Shown in pieces: positions 29,265 to 38,953 of a DNA stretch of 64,000 nt (position 1 is its first letter; every line of letters starts with the position of its first letter). Source of the DNA: a virus; IMG/VR virus record IMGVR_UViG_3300027779_003464, positions 1 through 64,000 of that record; one strand, 5' to 3'. The position numbers were made by a program, and so were the translations under genes. The notes beneath the pieces were generated by a model that was not told where the DNA came from, made no database searches, and was given only the letters and a program-made list of their open reading frames with translations.

Positions 29265-29521
29265 AACAATTAACTAAAGTAACATCCTGGGCACTAGCAT
29301 CCGCCCTATTAGCATTAATATGTTATTCACTATATAATATATTTTTAATTTCTGAATTTAAGTTAAACTTAAATTATATACAGTGGTTATCCATAATTAT
29401 AATATTTCAATGCATAATACCAACAGGAATAAAGCAGAATGCTGAAAATACCTCTGGAAAGTCAAATACATCGAAAAATGGATTTGTAAATGACTTCATT
29501 AACTATAAAAATTTAAAATAA
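29261..29521 (+). CDS. small membrane protein
   Basis: Two hydrophobic segments. Confidence 0.55.
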   Translation: MKQLTKVTSWALASALLALICYSLYNIFLISEFKLNLNYIQWLSIIIIFQCIIPTGIKQNAENTSGKSNTSKNGFVNDFINYKNLK

Positions 29522-29525
29522 ATCT

Positions 29526-29666
29526 ATGGTAATCCTTATATACTTAATAGCAATATCCGTGTTTATACTTTTATTCAGATATGCGATAAGTGAGGGACAT
29601 AGAATTGAGAAACAAAAAAAGTTCATGCGGGATATGAACAAGTATGGTAAGAATAAAAATAAGTAA
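29526..29666 (+). CDS. small membrane peptide (46 aa), absent from the ORF track
   Basis: MVILIYLIAISVFILLFRYAISEGHR...; fills the gap before dCMP deaminase. Confidence 0.5.
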   Translation: MVILIYLIAISVFILLFRYAISEGHRIEKQKKFMRDMNKYGKNKNK

Positions 29667-29667
29667 A

Positions 29668-30096
29668 ATGGAATATAAATCAGATAAATTAACAAGACGA
29701 CATATATCATATCTTAAGATGGCAGAAGAATGGGCGAATAACTCATGCTGCAGTAGAAAAAAGGTAGGCGCTCTTATTGTTAAAGGAGATATGATTATAT
29801 CAGATGGATATAACGGAACTCCTTCCGGTTTTCCAAACGATTGCGAAGACGGAAATGGCGATACTTATTTTTATGTATTGCATTCTGAGGCAAACGCTAT
29901 TACTAAACTCTCAAGATCTACTCAAAATGGAGAAGGAGCTACTCTATATGTAACTATGGCTCCATGCAAAGATTGCGCTAAACTAATTATACAATCAGGA
30001 ATAAAGACTGTTATATACAAAGAGGAATATAGAGAAAATATAGGTATAAAACTCTTACGCCAAGCGTCTATTAATGTTATAAAATTAGAATACTAG
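29668..30096 (+). CDS. dCMP deaminase
   Basis: KVGA, GYNG, HSEANA, PCKDC; start ATG 29668 preferred. Confidence 0.9.
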   Translation: MEYKSDKLTRRHISYLKMAEEWANNSCCSRKKVGALIVKGDMIISDGYNGTPSGFPNDCEDGNGDTYFYVLHSEANAITKLSRSTQNGEGATLYVTMAPCKDCAKLIIQSGIKTVIYKEEYRENIGIKLLRQASINVIKLEY

Positions 30097-30097
30097 A

Positions 30098-30538
30098 ATG
30101 GACGAAAACGAATTAGAAATAGACGAAAACGAATTAGAAATAGATAATAGGGTGCTTAACATAATATTTGTTAGGGAGTTTAGGAGCTTTACTAGCATCT
30201 ACTCTAAAAAAACAAAGGAAGACTATATACTAAATGTAAATAAAATAATAAAGGATAAATTTAACACTAAATTTATAATTCCAAATAAAGTGCAGTCCTT
30301 TTTAATAAATTATGAGATTAAAAAACTATTAGACAAAGCAATTCATATAAAAAACAAGAAATATAAAAAAATAATATATCTAAATTCTAACTTATCAATA
30401 AGCTTAATAAAGAACGCTATGATGTTTGTTGAGGAAGAATATCACCCGGTAACCTTTGAATATCTATTAATAGAACCAAAGGAATTCGATAATACAGGAT
30501 TAGATCAAATAAAAAACTTAGATATAATAACCCTATAG
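30098..30538 (+). CDS. hypothetical protein
   Basis: ORF with a duplicated N-terminal DENELEI. Confidence 0.6.
   Translation: MDENELEIDENELEIDNRVLNIIFVREFRSFTSIYSKKTKEDYILNVNKIIKDKFNTKFIIPNKVQSFLINYEIKKLLDKAIHIKNKKYKKIIYLNSNLSISLIKNAMMFVEEEYHPVTFEYLLIEPKEFDNTGLDQIKNLDIITL
30101..30142 (+). repeat. perfect 21-bp tandem duplication
   Basis: gacgaaaacgaattagaaata x2. Confidence 0.9.
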
Positions 30539-30547
30539 TTTCTTCAT

Positions 30548-30575
30548 AAAAAAAGCGAACCTTTCGATTCGCTTT
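30548..30575 (-). terminator. intrinsic terminator between convergent operons
   Basis: aaagcgaatc-gaaa-ggttcgctttttt on the minus strand. Confidence 0.75.
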
Positions 30576-30599
30576 AATAATTTAAATATTGTTACTATC

Positions 30600-30986
30600 T
30601 TATTCAGATATCATAAAAGATGTAAAATCAGTGAAACATTTACCTTCGTTAGTTTTTCCTTTTTCTACTGTATCTATAACTTGATCTAGATTAGAATTAA
30701 AATAAGGATCTGGGTAATCATAAGGATTTTTACCATCTTCTTGTTTGTGTATAAGATCTCCTCCCATTGCTTTATATGTAGAATCATATACTGAATGTCC
30801 ATGCAAAGTCTCATCTCTTTTTACTTTTCTGGCAAATTGTTCTAATTTAGGCTCTTTATTTGCACGTTTTCCTTTAGCATCTTTAAAAGGTTCAGCGCTA
30901 TTAGGTCCACCAAACCCTGGATTCTTTAAATCCATATATTGATCAAAGGTGTGAACGTCTCTTCTGTGTACATTAAACATTTCCAT
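30600..30986 (-). CDS. hypothetical virion-associated protein
   Basis: Directly downstream of the tail tube gene; VHTFDQYM and C-terminal FTDFTSFMISE tags. Confidence 0.55.
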   Translation of the reverse strand: MEMFNVHRRDVHTFDQYMDLKNPGFGGPNSAEPFKDAKGKRANKEPKLEQFARKVKRDETLHGHSVYDSTYKAMGGDLIHKQEDGKNPYDYPDPYFNSNLDQVIDTVEKGKTNEGKCFTDFTSFMISE

Positions 30987-30991
30987 AATTA

Positions 30992-31561
30992 TTATACGTT
31001 TATTTGACCTACTCTTGTTTCTTTATAAGCATCACATATAAAGCTAGCAGTAATTTGATATACTCCAGTAGCTGAATAATCTAGCTTAATATCATTTATT
31101 TGTTTAGATAAAAATGCAGGTTTAAATCTATATTCTCTAAAAATATCTCCTGCCTTATTTGCTACCCCTACGAATATTTCTCCAATGTAATCTTTCTTTA
31201 ATCCCTGTCTCCCAGTTAATGGATCATATATTAAATCTCCCCATCCTCTTAATATATTATATACATACATATTATTTTCGTCATTTAAGTTGACTTCAAA
31301 TTTTACATTAAGGGTTGTTAATGTATCGTTAGGCACTGCCGCAGCATATGCTCTCTTAGCAAACTTATAATTTTGTACTGCTGTTCCTGGTGTTAAGAAC
31401 TCAGGTAAGCCGTCAATAGTTAAAACTTGTTCAACGAGTAAGTCTACGTTGTCAGTTATTGTTGCAGGAGGTGTAATAATAACCTCGAATTGGTTTTGAA
31501 ATACCGGTTCGTAGTATGATCTTGCCGCCTGTGAATTGTCCCAATGTGGTAATCCAGCCAT
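30992..31561 (-). CDS. tail tube protein (gp19-like)
   Basis: EPVFQNQFEV, IDGLP, WGDLIYDPLTGRQGLKKDY, LDYS..ASFICD. Confidence 0.75.
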   Translation of the reverse strand: MAGLPHWDNSQAARSYYEPVFQNQFEVIITPPATITDNVDLLVEQVLTIDGLPEFLTPGTAVQNYKFAKRAYAAAVPNDTLTTLNVKFEVNLNDENNMYVYNILRGWGDLIYDPLTGRQGLKKDYIGEIFVGVANKAGDIFREYRFKPAFLSKQINDIKLDYSATGVYQITASFICDAYKETRVGQINV

Positions 31562-31576
31562 GTTAATTAGATTATT

Positions 31577-32374
31577 TTAATTATTTATTTGATTAACTGT
31601 TAAAGTTTCTTCATTTTCTCTTTCTTTAAATATTGATTCTACATCTATTTTAGACTTAAATGCGACTTCACTCGATCTAGATCCATATTTTTCAATACTT
31701 ACACCATCACCTTTAAATTCTATAACAACTGATGGGAGTATAGTTTGGAATATAATATCCCATTTATTGTCAACATCGTCATATTCAACAATTTTAGATA
31801 TAGGAGTATTTGACTTGCTATTAATAGCTAATTGTATTCCTCCTCCATTAACATCAACATTAAATTTATTCCAAGTCTCAATCTTATTTCCATCTAACTG
31901 ATCAACCATACCGGTTGATACTTTTAATACAATAGATGGGGATCCTGAGTCTATCCCAGAAGATGATACCTCTCTTAAAGCAATTTTATCAGTATTAAAT
32001 ATTACTTTGAATTTAGAGTTATTAAAGTACTTTGAACTAATATCGCTATACTTGTCAGGGTTATCTTTAATTTCAGTGGCATATTCTGAACTAATTTGCT
32101 TTTTAATCGATTCCGAAGCAAGTTGAAATTTTCTTTTAAGAATATTAACCTCACTTAATATGTAATATGTTGAGGTAGCATATCCTTCTTTATAATTTAA
32201 ATCTGGAAACAAATCTATGCGATGTAATTTTGAATTTATCGAATTTTGATCAAAAACGGTCTCCCCGTTAATTATGTCCCATTCTAGATTATGGCTTATT
32301 ATTGCTTGAAATATAGCTCCGCCGTCTTTTGCGACAGTTTGAGATGAATATGCTTCATTTGTTATCATATTCAA
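31577..32374 (-). CDS. hypothetical protein (late operon)
   Basis: ORF in the tail-tube operon. Confidence 0.6.
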   Translation of the reverse strand: MNMITNEAYSSQTVAKDGGAIFQAIISHNLEWDIINGETVFDQNSINSKLHRIDLFPDLNYKEGYATSTYYILSEVNILKRKFQLASESIKKQISSEYATEIKDNPDKYSDISSKYFNNSKFKVIFNTDKIALREVSSSGIDSGSPSIVLKVSTGMVDQLDGNKIETWNKFNVDVNGGGIQLAINSKSNTPISKIVEYDDVDNKWDIIFQTILPSVVIEFKGDGVSIEKYGSRSSEVAFKSKIDVESIFKERENEETLTVNQINN

Positions 32375-32380
32375 TTGGAT

Positions 32381-32671
32381 TTACTTTTTCTTACTTTTCT
32401 TCTTCTTTTCTTCTTTAGCGTCTTTAGCATCTCTAGTTTTAGTGTAATTTTTCCAAAGTTCATTATAAATGTTACATGATGCTCCTAAGAAATTAATTAT
32501 TCCAACATATTTCTTCTTTTGTATACCATCCATATTCGCTACTTTTTTGCCAATTCGCTTAGCATCATTCACGCTTAATTCTTCCTTTGGTTTTTTACCA
32601 ACTAGTTTCTTAAGATCTCCTTTTTTCTCAAGTAGAGAAAATTCATTAAAATTTGTAATAGCTCTATTCAT
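32381..32671 (-). CDS. basic hypothetical protein, candidate internal head protein
   Basis: N-terminal MNRAITNFNEFSLLE tag; Lys-rich. Confidence 0.55.
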   Translation of the reverse strand: MNRAITNFNEFSLLEKKGDLKKLVGKKPKEELSVNDAKRIGKKVANMDGIQKKKYVGIINFLGASCNIYNELWKNYTKTRDAKDAKEEKKKKSKKK

Positions 32672-32683
32672 AGTAATTTGGTT

Positions 32684-32938
32684 TTACTTACCTACAACGT
32701 TTCTCTTTTTAGCTTTCTTTAAAAAACCTTTAGTATATTTGTCTAAATTAGGAGTCCCTTTAGATTTAACTCCGCTCGCTAAATCTTGTTTAATTTTAGA
32801 TGCCTTTGTAGAATCTTTTGAATCCTTGTTACCCTTAGTTGCATACTTTTTAGCTGCGCTTTTAAAAATAGACATAAATTGGTTGTAGTTCATAACAGGG
32901 TTCTTTTTCTGCTTTAAAATATCATTCATTGATTTCAT
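32684..32938 (-). CDS. basic hypothetical protein
   Basis: Lys-rich; VMNYNQFM tag; late promoter GATAAATAATAAAA at 32952-32965 (minus). Confidence 0.55.
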   Translation of the reverse strand: MKSMNDILKQKKNPVMNYNQFMSIFKSAAKKYATKGNKDSKDSTKASKIKQDLASGVKSKGTPNLDKYTKGFLKKAKKRNVVGK

Positions 32939-33045
32939 CGTAATCCGATTTTTTTATTATTTATCTTTAATATTGGGAACTTTTTTAGTAAATTAGGTTT
33001 AATAATTCATTAAATAAAGTTATATTAAGTAAAAATTGACTAAGT

Positions 33046-34911
33046 ATGGCAGATAAGAGAATAGAGAAGAAATATAGAAAGCTTACTGATATAGAGCATG
33101 TTCTGCATCGTCCTTCTATGTATATTGGATCAATAAAGCCACATAGTGGGTTTCAATATATGTATGACGGTGAGAATATCTCATATGAGAATATAACATA
33201 TAACCCTGGATTTTTAAAATTATTCGATGAAATACTATCTAATTCAATAGATGAGCATAGGAGATCTAATAAGTTAAATAAAATCGATATCACAATAAAC
33301 TTAGATGAAAATTCAATAACAGTCAGGGATAATGGTGGAATACCTGTTACCAAACACCCAGTACATAAAGAATGGATACCAGAGATGATATTCTCCAATC
33401 TTAAAGCAGGATCTAATTTTAATGATGAAGAAGATAGAATAGTATCAGGTACAAATGGAGTGGGATCAACCCTCACTAATATATTTAGTAATAAATTTAT
33501 AATATCTACATGTGACGGCAAAAATAAATTTGTGCAGACATATAAAGATAACATGCATAAAAGAAGTAAAGCTTCGGTTAGCCCAGCTAAAATAGGATTC
33601 ACCGAAGTTAAGTTTATACCGGACTTAGAAAGATTTGGAATGAAAGCGATAGGCGAATCTAGTGTAAAATTGATATACAAAAGATGTATAGATGCAGTCG
33701 CATGTAACACTAAGCTTGCACTAACATTCAATACCATTCAAAATAAAATAAAAGTTAGTGATAGAATAAAATACTCTTCATTTAAAGATTACGTTTCTTT
33801 ATATTCTGATGAATTTTACTATGAGGATTCTAAAGATTGGAAAATTGCTTTTTCGTATTCTAAAGATGGATATAAAAACGTTAGTTTTGTAAATTCAGTA
33901 CATACTAAGGATGGAGGTACCCATGTTGAATATATTACCTCTCAATTAGTTAATCATTTACGAGTAATGATAAAGAAAAAGCATAAAGTAGATGCTAGGC
34001 CCAGTGAAATAAAAAATCACCTATGTGTTTATATTGATTCAACAATAGTAAATTCTTTATTTAGTTCTCAAACAAAAGAAAAGCTTATCACTGAGGCTAG
34101 AGATTTTAATACGGATCACGAAGTATCTTTAAAAATAGCTAAAAAAATATTTTCCTCTGAAATAATTGAGTCTCTTCTTGATTGGATTGAGAAAAAACAG
34201 TTAGCTTCTGAAAGAGCAGAGCTTAGGAAGCTTAATAAATCTTTAAGTAGAGGAAGGATATCTAAGTTAATTGATGCTCAATCTAAATCTAATAGAGAAA
34301 ATTGTGTTCTTGGAATATATGAAGGCATGTCCGCTTTATCCGCAGTTAGAAAGTTTAGAAATACACAAATGATGGGAGCATATCCTCTAAAGGGAAAATT
34401 TATAAATGTACATGAACTTCCTAATTCAAAGGTTATTAAAAATGAAGAAGTAAAGGGATTAATGGGATCTATCGGATTAAAATTAGGGGAAGAACCTAAA
34501 AATCTAAGGTATGGTAAAATATACATATATACTGATGCAGATCCTGATGGAAATTCAATAGCAGCTCAACTAATAAACTTTTTTGCAAAATATTGGCCAG
34601 AATTATTTGAACTTGGTATAATACATAAAGTTATGACTCCTCTCGTTGTAGCCAAAAAGGGTAAAATCGCCATCGACTTCTATACTAATAAAGAATTTGA
34701 AGATTGGTGCAACAAAGGTAGTGTAAATATTAATACTTGGAATATTGAATATAAAAAAGGATTAGCTGCACTAGAAGATGATGAATATAGAGAAATAATA
34801 GTAAATCCTAATACATTAAAAGTAAATTTAGATAAAGAATCAAAAAATTCTTTAGAATCTTGGTTTGGAAAAGACTCTCAACCTAGAAAAGATAGATTAT
34901 TGAAACAATGA
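33046..34911 (+). CDS. type II topoisomerase ATPase/TOPRIM subunit (gp39+60-like)
   Basis: HVLHRPSMYIG, EILSNSID, DNGGIP, GTNGVG, EGMSA, YPLKGK, TDADPDG, YKKGL; promoter GAAC-N16-GTTTAA at 32977-33002. Confidence 0.92.
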   Translation: MADKRIEKKYRKLTDIEHVLHRPSMYIGSIKPHSGFQYMYDGENISYENITYNPGFLKLFDEILSNSIDEHRRSNKLNKIDITINLDENSITVRDNGGIPVTKHPVHKEWIPEMIFSNLKAGSNFNDEEDRIVSGTNGVGSTLTNIFSNKFIISTCDGKNKFVQTYKDNMHKRSKASVSPAKIGFTEVKFIPDLERFGMKAIGESSVKLIYKRCIDAVACNTKLALTFNTIQNKIKVSDRIKYSSFKDYVSLYSDEFYYEDSKDWKIAFSYSKDGYKNVSFVNSVHTKDGGTHVEYITSQLVNHLRVMIKKKHKVDARPSEIKNHLCVYIDSTIVNSLFSSQTKEKLITEARDFNTDHEVSLKIAKKIFSSEIIESLLDWIEKKQLASERAELRKLNKSLSRGRISKLIDAQSKSNRENCVLGIYEGMSALSAVRKFRNTQMMGAYPLKGKFINVHELPNSKVIKNEEVKGLMGSIGLKLGEEPKNLRYGKIYIYTDADPDGNSIAAQLINFFAKYWPELFELGIIHKVMTPLVVAKKGKIAIDFYTNKEFEDWCNKGSVNINTWNIEYKKGLAALEDDEYREIIVNPNTLKVNLDKESKNSLESWFGKDSQPRKDRLLKQ

Positions 34912-35267
34912 AAGTAATAATAGCAGGAAGTAGGAACTTTAATAATTATGACAAGCTAAAGAAGTCATGTGATCATCTTTTATCTAATAATAAAGATACT
35001 GAGATAGAAGTAATCAGTGGCACTGCAGAGGGGGCCGATTCTTTAGGAGAATATTATGCATCTGAGAATGGATACAATTTAAAGCAATTTCCGGCTGAAT
35101 GGGATAAGTATGGTAAGGGTGCAGGATTTAGAAGAAATGTAATAATGGCAAAATACTCAGAATGTCTTATTGCCTTTTGGGATGGGAAGAGTAGAGGAAC
35201 AAAGCACATGATTAATACAGCTAAAAAACACGGGTTAGTAATTAAAATTATCAAAACAGATGAGTAA
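34908..35267 (+). CDS. SLOG-family (DUF2493/YspA-like) protein
   Basis: IIAGSRNF, SGTAEGAD, AGFRRN, AFWDGKSRGT. Confidence 0.8.
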   Translation: MKVIIAGSRNFNNYDKLKKSCDHLLSNNKDTEIEVISGTAEGADSLGEYYASENGYNLKQFPAEWDKYGKGAGFRRNVIMAKYSECLIAFWDGKSRGTKHMINTAKKHGLVIKIIKTDE

Positions 35268-36627
35268 AGAAATAACAATAAGCGAATATTTAGATACTGA
35301 CTATCGTGAGTATGCTAGATATGTGGTTGAAAATAGAGCAATCCCCTCCGTTATAGATGGATTAAAGCCTACTCAAAGAAAGGTAATATACATAGCAGAT
35401 AAAGTATGGAAGACTGGCAAGGAAAAACCATATAAGATATTTCAATTGACGGGTAGAATTGCAGCAGATGCACATTACCATCACGGTGACTCTAGTTTAA
35501 ACTCTTCAATAATAGGTATGGCTCAAAAATTTAAAAATTCAATGCCGCTACTGGAAGAAATTGGACAGTTTGGGTCATTACGTTCCCCTGTTGCAGGGGC
35601 TCCTAGATATATTTCTACTAAATTACATTCTAATTTTAGATTATTATATAAGGACTTTGAATTACTATCTCCTAGGATGGAAGAGGGAGCCCAGATTGAA
35701 CCCGAATACTTTCTGCCAATAATACCTACTGTTCTATTAAACGGGAGCTCAGGGATTGCCGTAGGGTTTGCTACCAATATACTAAATAGAAATCCATTAG
35801 ACCTAATAAATGCGTGTCTTAAAGAATTAGAGGGAAAAGGATATCAAGATCCTGCCCCGTGGGTAAATGGATTTAGGGGAGAATGCGTAAAGAATCCAGA
35901 ATCAGTTAATTCTTGGATATTTAAAGGAATTCATGAAGTAAAAAACATGTCTACTGTAGATATATTAGAAGTTCCACCCTCAGTTACATATGAAAAATAT
36001 GATAACTGTCTTAATCTACTAGAAGATTCTAAATCGATAACATCATATGATAATAATTGTAAATCAGATATAAACTATACTCTTAAGTTTACAAGATCCA
36101 ATCTTAGTAATCTTATAGAAAATAATAGGCTAACTAGAGTATTAAAGCTAGAGGAAAAACAAACAGAAAACTTTACGGTTCTTGATGAGAATGGAAAGTT
36201 AAAGATTTTCAATAACTGTAAGGAAATTATATCTTATTTTGTAAAATTTAGGCTAAGCTTCTATGAAAAAAGAAAAAGATATATTATTGATAAACTATCT
36301 AAGGAATTACTATTTTTATCAAATAAAGCTAGATTTATAAAGGATATCATTTCTGGAAAATTAAAAGTTAATAATGTTCTTAGACAAACCATTATATTAT
36401 ATCTAGGATCAAATAAGTATAATTCAATAGATGATTCATATAATTATCTATTGAATATGGCAATACATACTCTTACTAAAGAAAAGTATGAAGAATTACT
36501 AAATCAAGTTTCTAATAAAAAAGAAGAACTTGAAGAAATAAAAAAGATTAAACCAATTGATATGTATAAAACTGATCTAAGTGATTTAAAGAAAGTACTA
36601 TCAAAGGACCCTAGTTATAAAGTATAA
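35260..36627 (+). CDS. type II topoisomerase cleavage subunit (gp52-like)
   Basis: RAIPSVIDGLKPTQRK, YHHGD, GQFGS, APRY (catalytic Tyr), GIAVGF. Confidence 0.92.
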   Translation: MSKEITISEYLDTDYREYARYVVENRAIPSVIDGLKPTQRKVIYIADKVWKTGKEKPYKIFQLTGRIAADAHYHHGDSSLNSSIIGMAQKFKNSMPLLEEIGQFGSLRSPVAGAPRYISTKLHSNFRLLYKDFELLSPRMEEGAQIEPEYFLPIIPTVLLNGSSGIAVGFATNILNRNPLDLINACLKELEGKGYQDPAPWVNGFRGECVKNPESVNSWIFKGIHEVKNMSTVDILEVPPSVTYEKYDNCLNLLEDSKSITSYDNNCKSDINYTLKFTRSNLSNLIENNRLTRVLKLEEKQTENFTVLDENGKLKIFNNCKEIISYFVKFRLSFYEKRKRYIIDKLSKELLFLSNKARFIKDIISGKLKVNNVLRQTIILYLGSNKYNSIDDSYNYLLNMAIHTLTKEKYEELLNQVSNKKEELEEIKKIKPIDMYKTDLSDLKKVLSKDPSYKV

Positions 36628-36645
36628 TCTATTAAATATTGAAAT

Positions 36646-36996
36646 ATGAAATTAAAATTAGATAATATAGGTGGAAGCATTATTAAAGATAATGATACCT
36701 ACACCCTCACGGACAATAACTTCCTTAGCAATTTAACACTATCTCAAACATATTTAAAGCCCGGAATGGCAACACGGGGGCATTCTCATGATAATCAAGA
36801 AGAGGTTTATACCTTTACTAGAGGATACGGAACCATGGTTATCGGAGAAGTTGAGCACGATGCAATACCAGGAGATACTTTTTTAATTAAAGCTGGAAAC
36901 TTTCATCGTGTAATCAATAAATCAAATCAACAACCGTGTGTTTTTACATGTGTGTTTGAAAAGTATGATAGAAATAGCGATGTTGCTAAATATTAA
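36646..36996 (+). CDS. cupin-domain protein
   Basis: GHSHDNQEEVY..G.G..GD....GNFHRVIN. Confidence 0.8.
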   Translation: MKLKLDNIGGSIIKDNDTYTLTDNNFLSNLTLSQTYLKPGMATRGHSHDNQEEVYTFTRGYGTMVIGEVEHDAIPGDTFLIKAGNFHRVINKSNQQPCVFTCVFEKYDRNSDVAKY

Positions 36997-37027
36997 TTAA
37001 TATATAAACCATTTAAATCAGAATAAA

Positions 37028-37207
37028 ATGAAAGAATTCGATGAACTAATAGATCTTTTATCCTGGGCATACGTCCAAGGATACAAACACGCGTCCGACG
37101 TAGTTGCTCAAACTGTTCCTAAATCAGATAAACTAAAGGACATGTTTACCAAAATGATGAAGGATAAACAAGAAAAAGAAAAGAACCCTCCCTTAAAAAA
37201 AGAATAA
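37028..37207 (+). CDS. small hypothetical protein (59 aa), absent from the ORF track
   Basis: MKEFDELIDLLSWAYVQGYKHASDVVAQ..., A-rich leader, ends at the terminator. Confidence 0.5.
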   Translation: MKEFDELIDLLSWAYVQGYKHASDVVAQTVPKSDKLKDMFTKMMKDKQEKEKNPPLKKE

Positions 37208-37233
37208 AAAAAAGGGAGTCTTTCGACTCCCTT
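37206..37233 (-). terminator. intrinsic terminator after the major capsid gene
   Basis: aagggagtc-gaaa-gactccctttttttt on the minus strand. Confidence 0.8.
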
Positions 37234-37267
37234 CTTAAGATGATACTTGCGTATCGTACTGTTACAA

Positions 37268-38929
37268 TTATGCAATTGCAGCAGAACCCGTAAGAACGTC
37301 TGTTCCACCAACAATGTTCATCATACAGTATTGCGTTTCTGGATGCCATCCTGCTTCAGTAATCGCGTATCTTGATTTCATACCGATTTTTGGAGAGAAT
37401 GTACCTTCAGCAATAGTCTGTAATGACTCAGCCATTATATAAGGCATAAACTTAACACCTGGCTCTTCATCAGCTCCTTTTCTACCGATACAAATTCTTT
37501 CATCACCGAACGATAAGTTAGGATCAACATAAACTTGTACACCGTAGACTTTACCAGCTGGGTAAAGATTACCTGCAACTCCAGCCATATCAGTTGGTAC
37601 ACTCGCAATTGAGTAACCAGCAACATCAGCCATCGCAGAAGCAACTTTACCATTAGTAACCATAAATGTTCCAGCTCCGAATCTACCTCTATGGTAAATC
37701 AAGTTAGCTAGTTCAAGAACTTTAGTTACTAATCTTCTTTGCAAAGTAGAAACGTTTTCGAAACCAACACCACCAGTAGTTAGGTTAAGTGTTGCGACGT
37801 TAGCGCCCTCAACAGCTGCAACTTCAGTAGCGTGAACAGCACCTAAATTAAAGATGTTGTCTACTAACCTCTTGTTGATTGATTGAGCTAAATCGTTAAC
37901 TGCAACGTTTTCTAACATAGAAACAACGTCATAGTTCCAAACTCTATTCAAGTCTTGGATTTGCTCAACAGTAGCTGAGATAGCAACTTGGTCAGTTTCA
38001 GCCTCGATGAATTTAGTGAACATTCTAAGACCCATGTTTCTGAATCTAGAAGACTCACTAGCCTCTCTTGACATTGAACCTGCAACATTACCAGTTCCAG
38101 GTAAATAAGGACCAGAGAAATTACCAGCCGGAGCTTGGTCATAATCTGCATCACTTACTCCTGAGAAACCAGAAATGTGGTTTTCAAGTGCTGAGACGAG
38201 CTGAACCATAGCTGCAGTAGTAGCAACCGGTACGGTTACGTTAGCTGCACCTCCAACACCGTCCAGAGTAGCACCTGCCGCAATATCTGCAGCAACTGTA
38301 TCTGTACCGGTAGGGCCAGTCATCACTTTAAGGATAGCGTGACCGTCCACACGTGAGAATCCTACAAGATCATAAGTACCAGTAACTGCTGCTGAGAATG
38401 TTACATTTGACCCTGGAGTCAAAGTACCACCTGCAAGACCAGCTTCTGTTATGCCTTGTAATTTTATCATGTACGGTTCAGTCTCATTATCTGTTTTACC
38501 ACCTGTATATAGGTAGTCTAAATATGGAAGAAATCCTACTGGAGAATCCATAGGTACAACTGGAACTAGGTCGAAACCAATAGTTTTAGCTGCCACCTGA
38601 ATCGCAACCGGTAAAAGTGATGGAAATTTATCACCTGAACCAGTACCTGCGCTAGTATAAGAACCTTTTGCACCAGCTGCAAACGGAGTATCCGTTGCTG
38701 GAACACCAGCTCCCATTCCAGGAACTGCAGGGGGCGTCTGTAGAAATTGACCTGGTCCTGTGTATTGCTCAAATAACGGAGCGCTATTATCAAAAATAGC
38801 GTGGTTATGTGCATACTCAGCTAACCATGGTGTCTTTTCCATGTCTGCGCCGTGAGATTCTAAAATAGGCTTCCACGTTTTGTTCAAACTGTTATCATTT
38901 GAACGTTTAAAAATTTTTGTACGTGCCAT
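37268..38929 (-). CDS. major capsid protein (gp23-like)
   Basis: WKPILE, QVAAKTIGFDLVPVVPM, EQIQDL, GVKFMPY, FSPKIGMKSRYA; codon usage typical of high expression. Confidence 0.92.
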   Translation of the reverse strand: MARTKIFKRSNDNSLNKTWKPILESHGADMEKTPWLAEYAHNHAIFDNSAPLFEQYTGPGQFLQTPPAVPGMGAGVPATDTPFAAGAKGSYTSAGTGSGDKFPSLLPVAIQVAAKTIGFDLVPVVPMDSPVGFLPYLDYLYTGGKTDNETEPYMIKLQGITEAGLAGGTLTPGSNVTFSAAVTGTYDLVGFSRVDGHAILKVMTGPTGTDTVAADIAAGATLDGVGGAANVTVPVATTAAMVQLVSALENHISGFSGVSDADYDQAPAGNFSGPYLPGTGNVAGSMSREASESSRFRNMGLRMFTKFIEAETDQVAISATVEQIQDLNRVWNYDVVSMLENVAVNDLAQSINKRLVDNIFNLGAVHATEVAAVEGANVATLNLTTGGVGFENVSTLQRRLVTKVLELANLIYHRGRFGAGTFMVTNGKVASAMADVAGYSIASVPTDMAGVAGNLYPAGKVYGVQVYVDPNLSFGDERICIGRKGADEEPGVKFMPYIMAESLQTIAEGTFSPKIGMKSRYAITEAGWHPETQYCMMNIVGGTDVLTGSAAIA

Positions 38930-38953
38930 TTTAAAAATGATTTTTTTTAGTTT

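Noticed and set aside
37241-37256. Small GCAA-tetraloop hairpin between the MCP stop and its terminator (minus strand)
   Set aside because: Too short to call an RNA gene; probably a 3' UTR stability element
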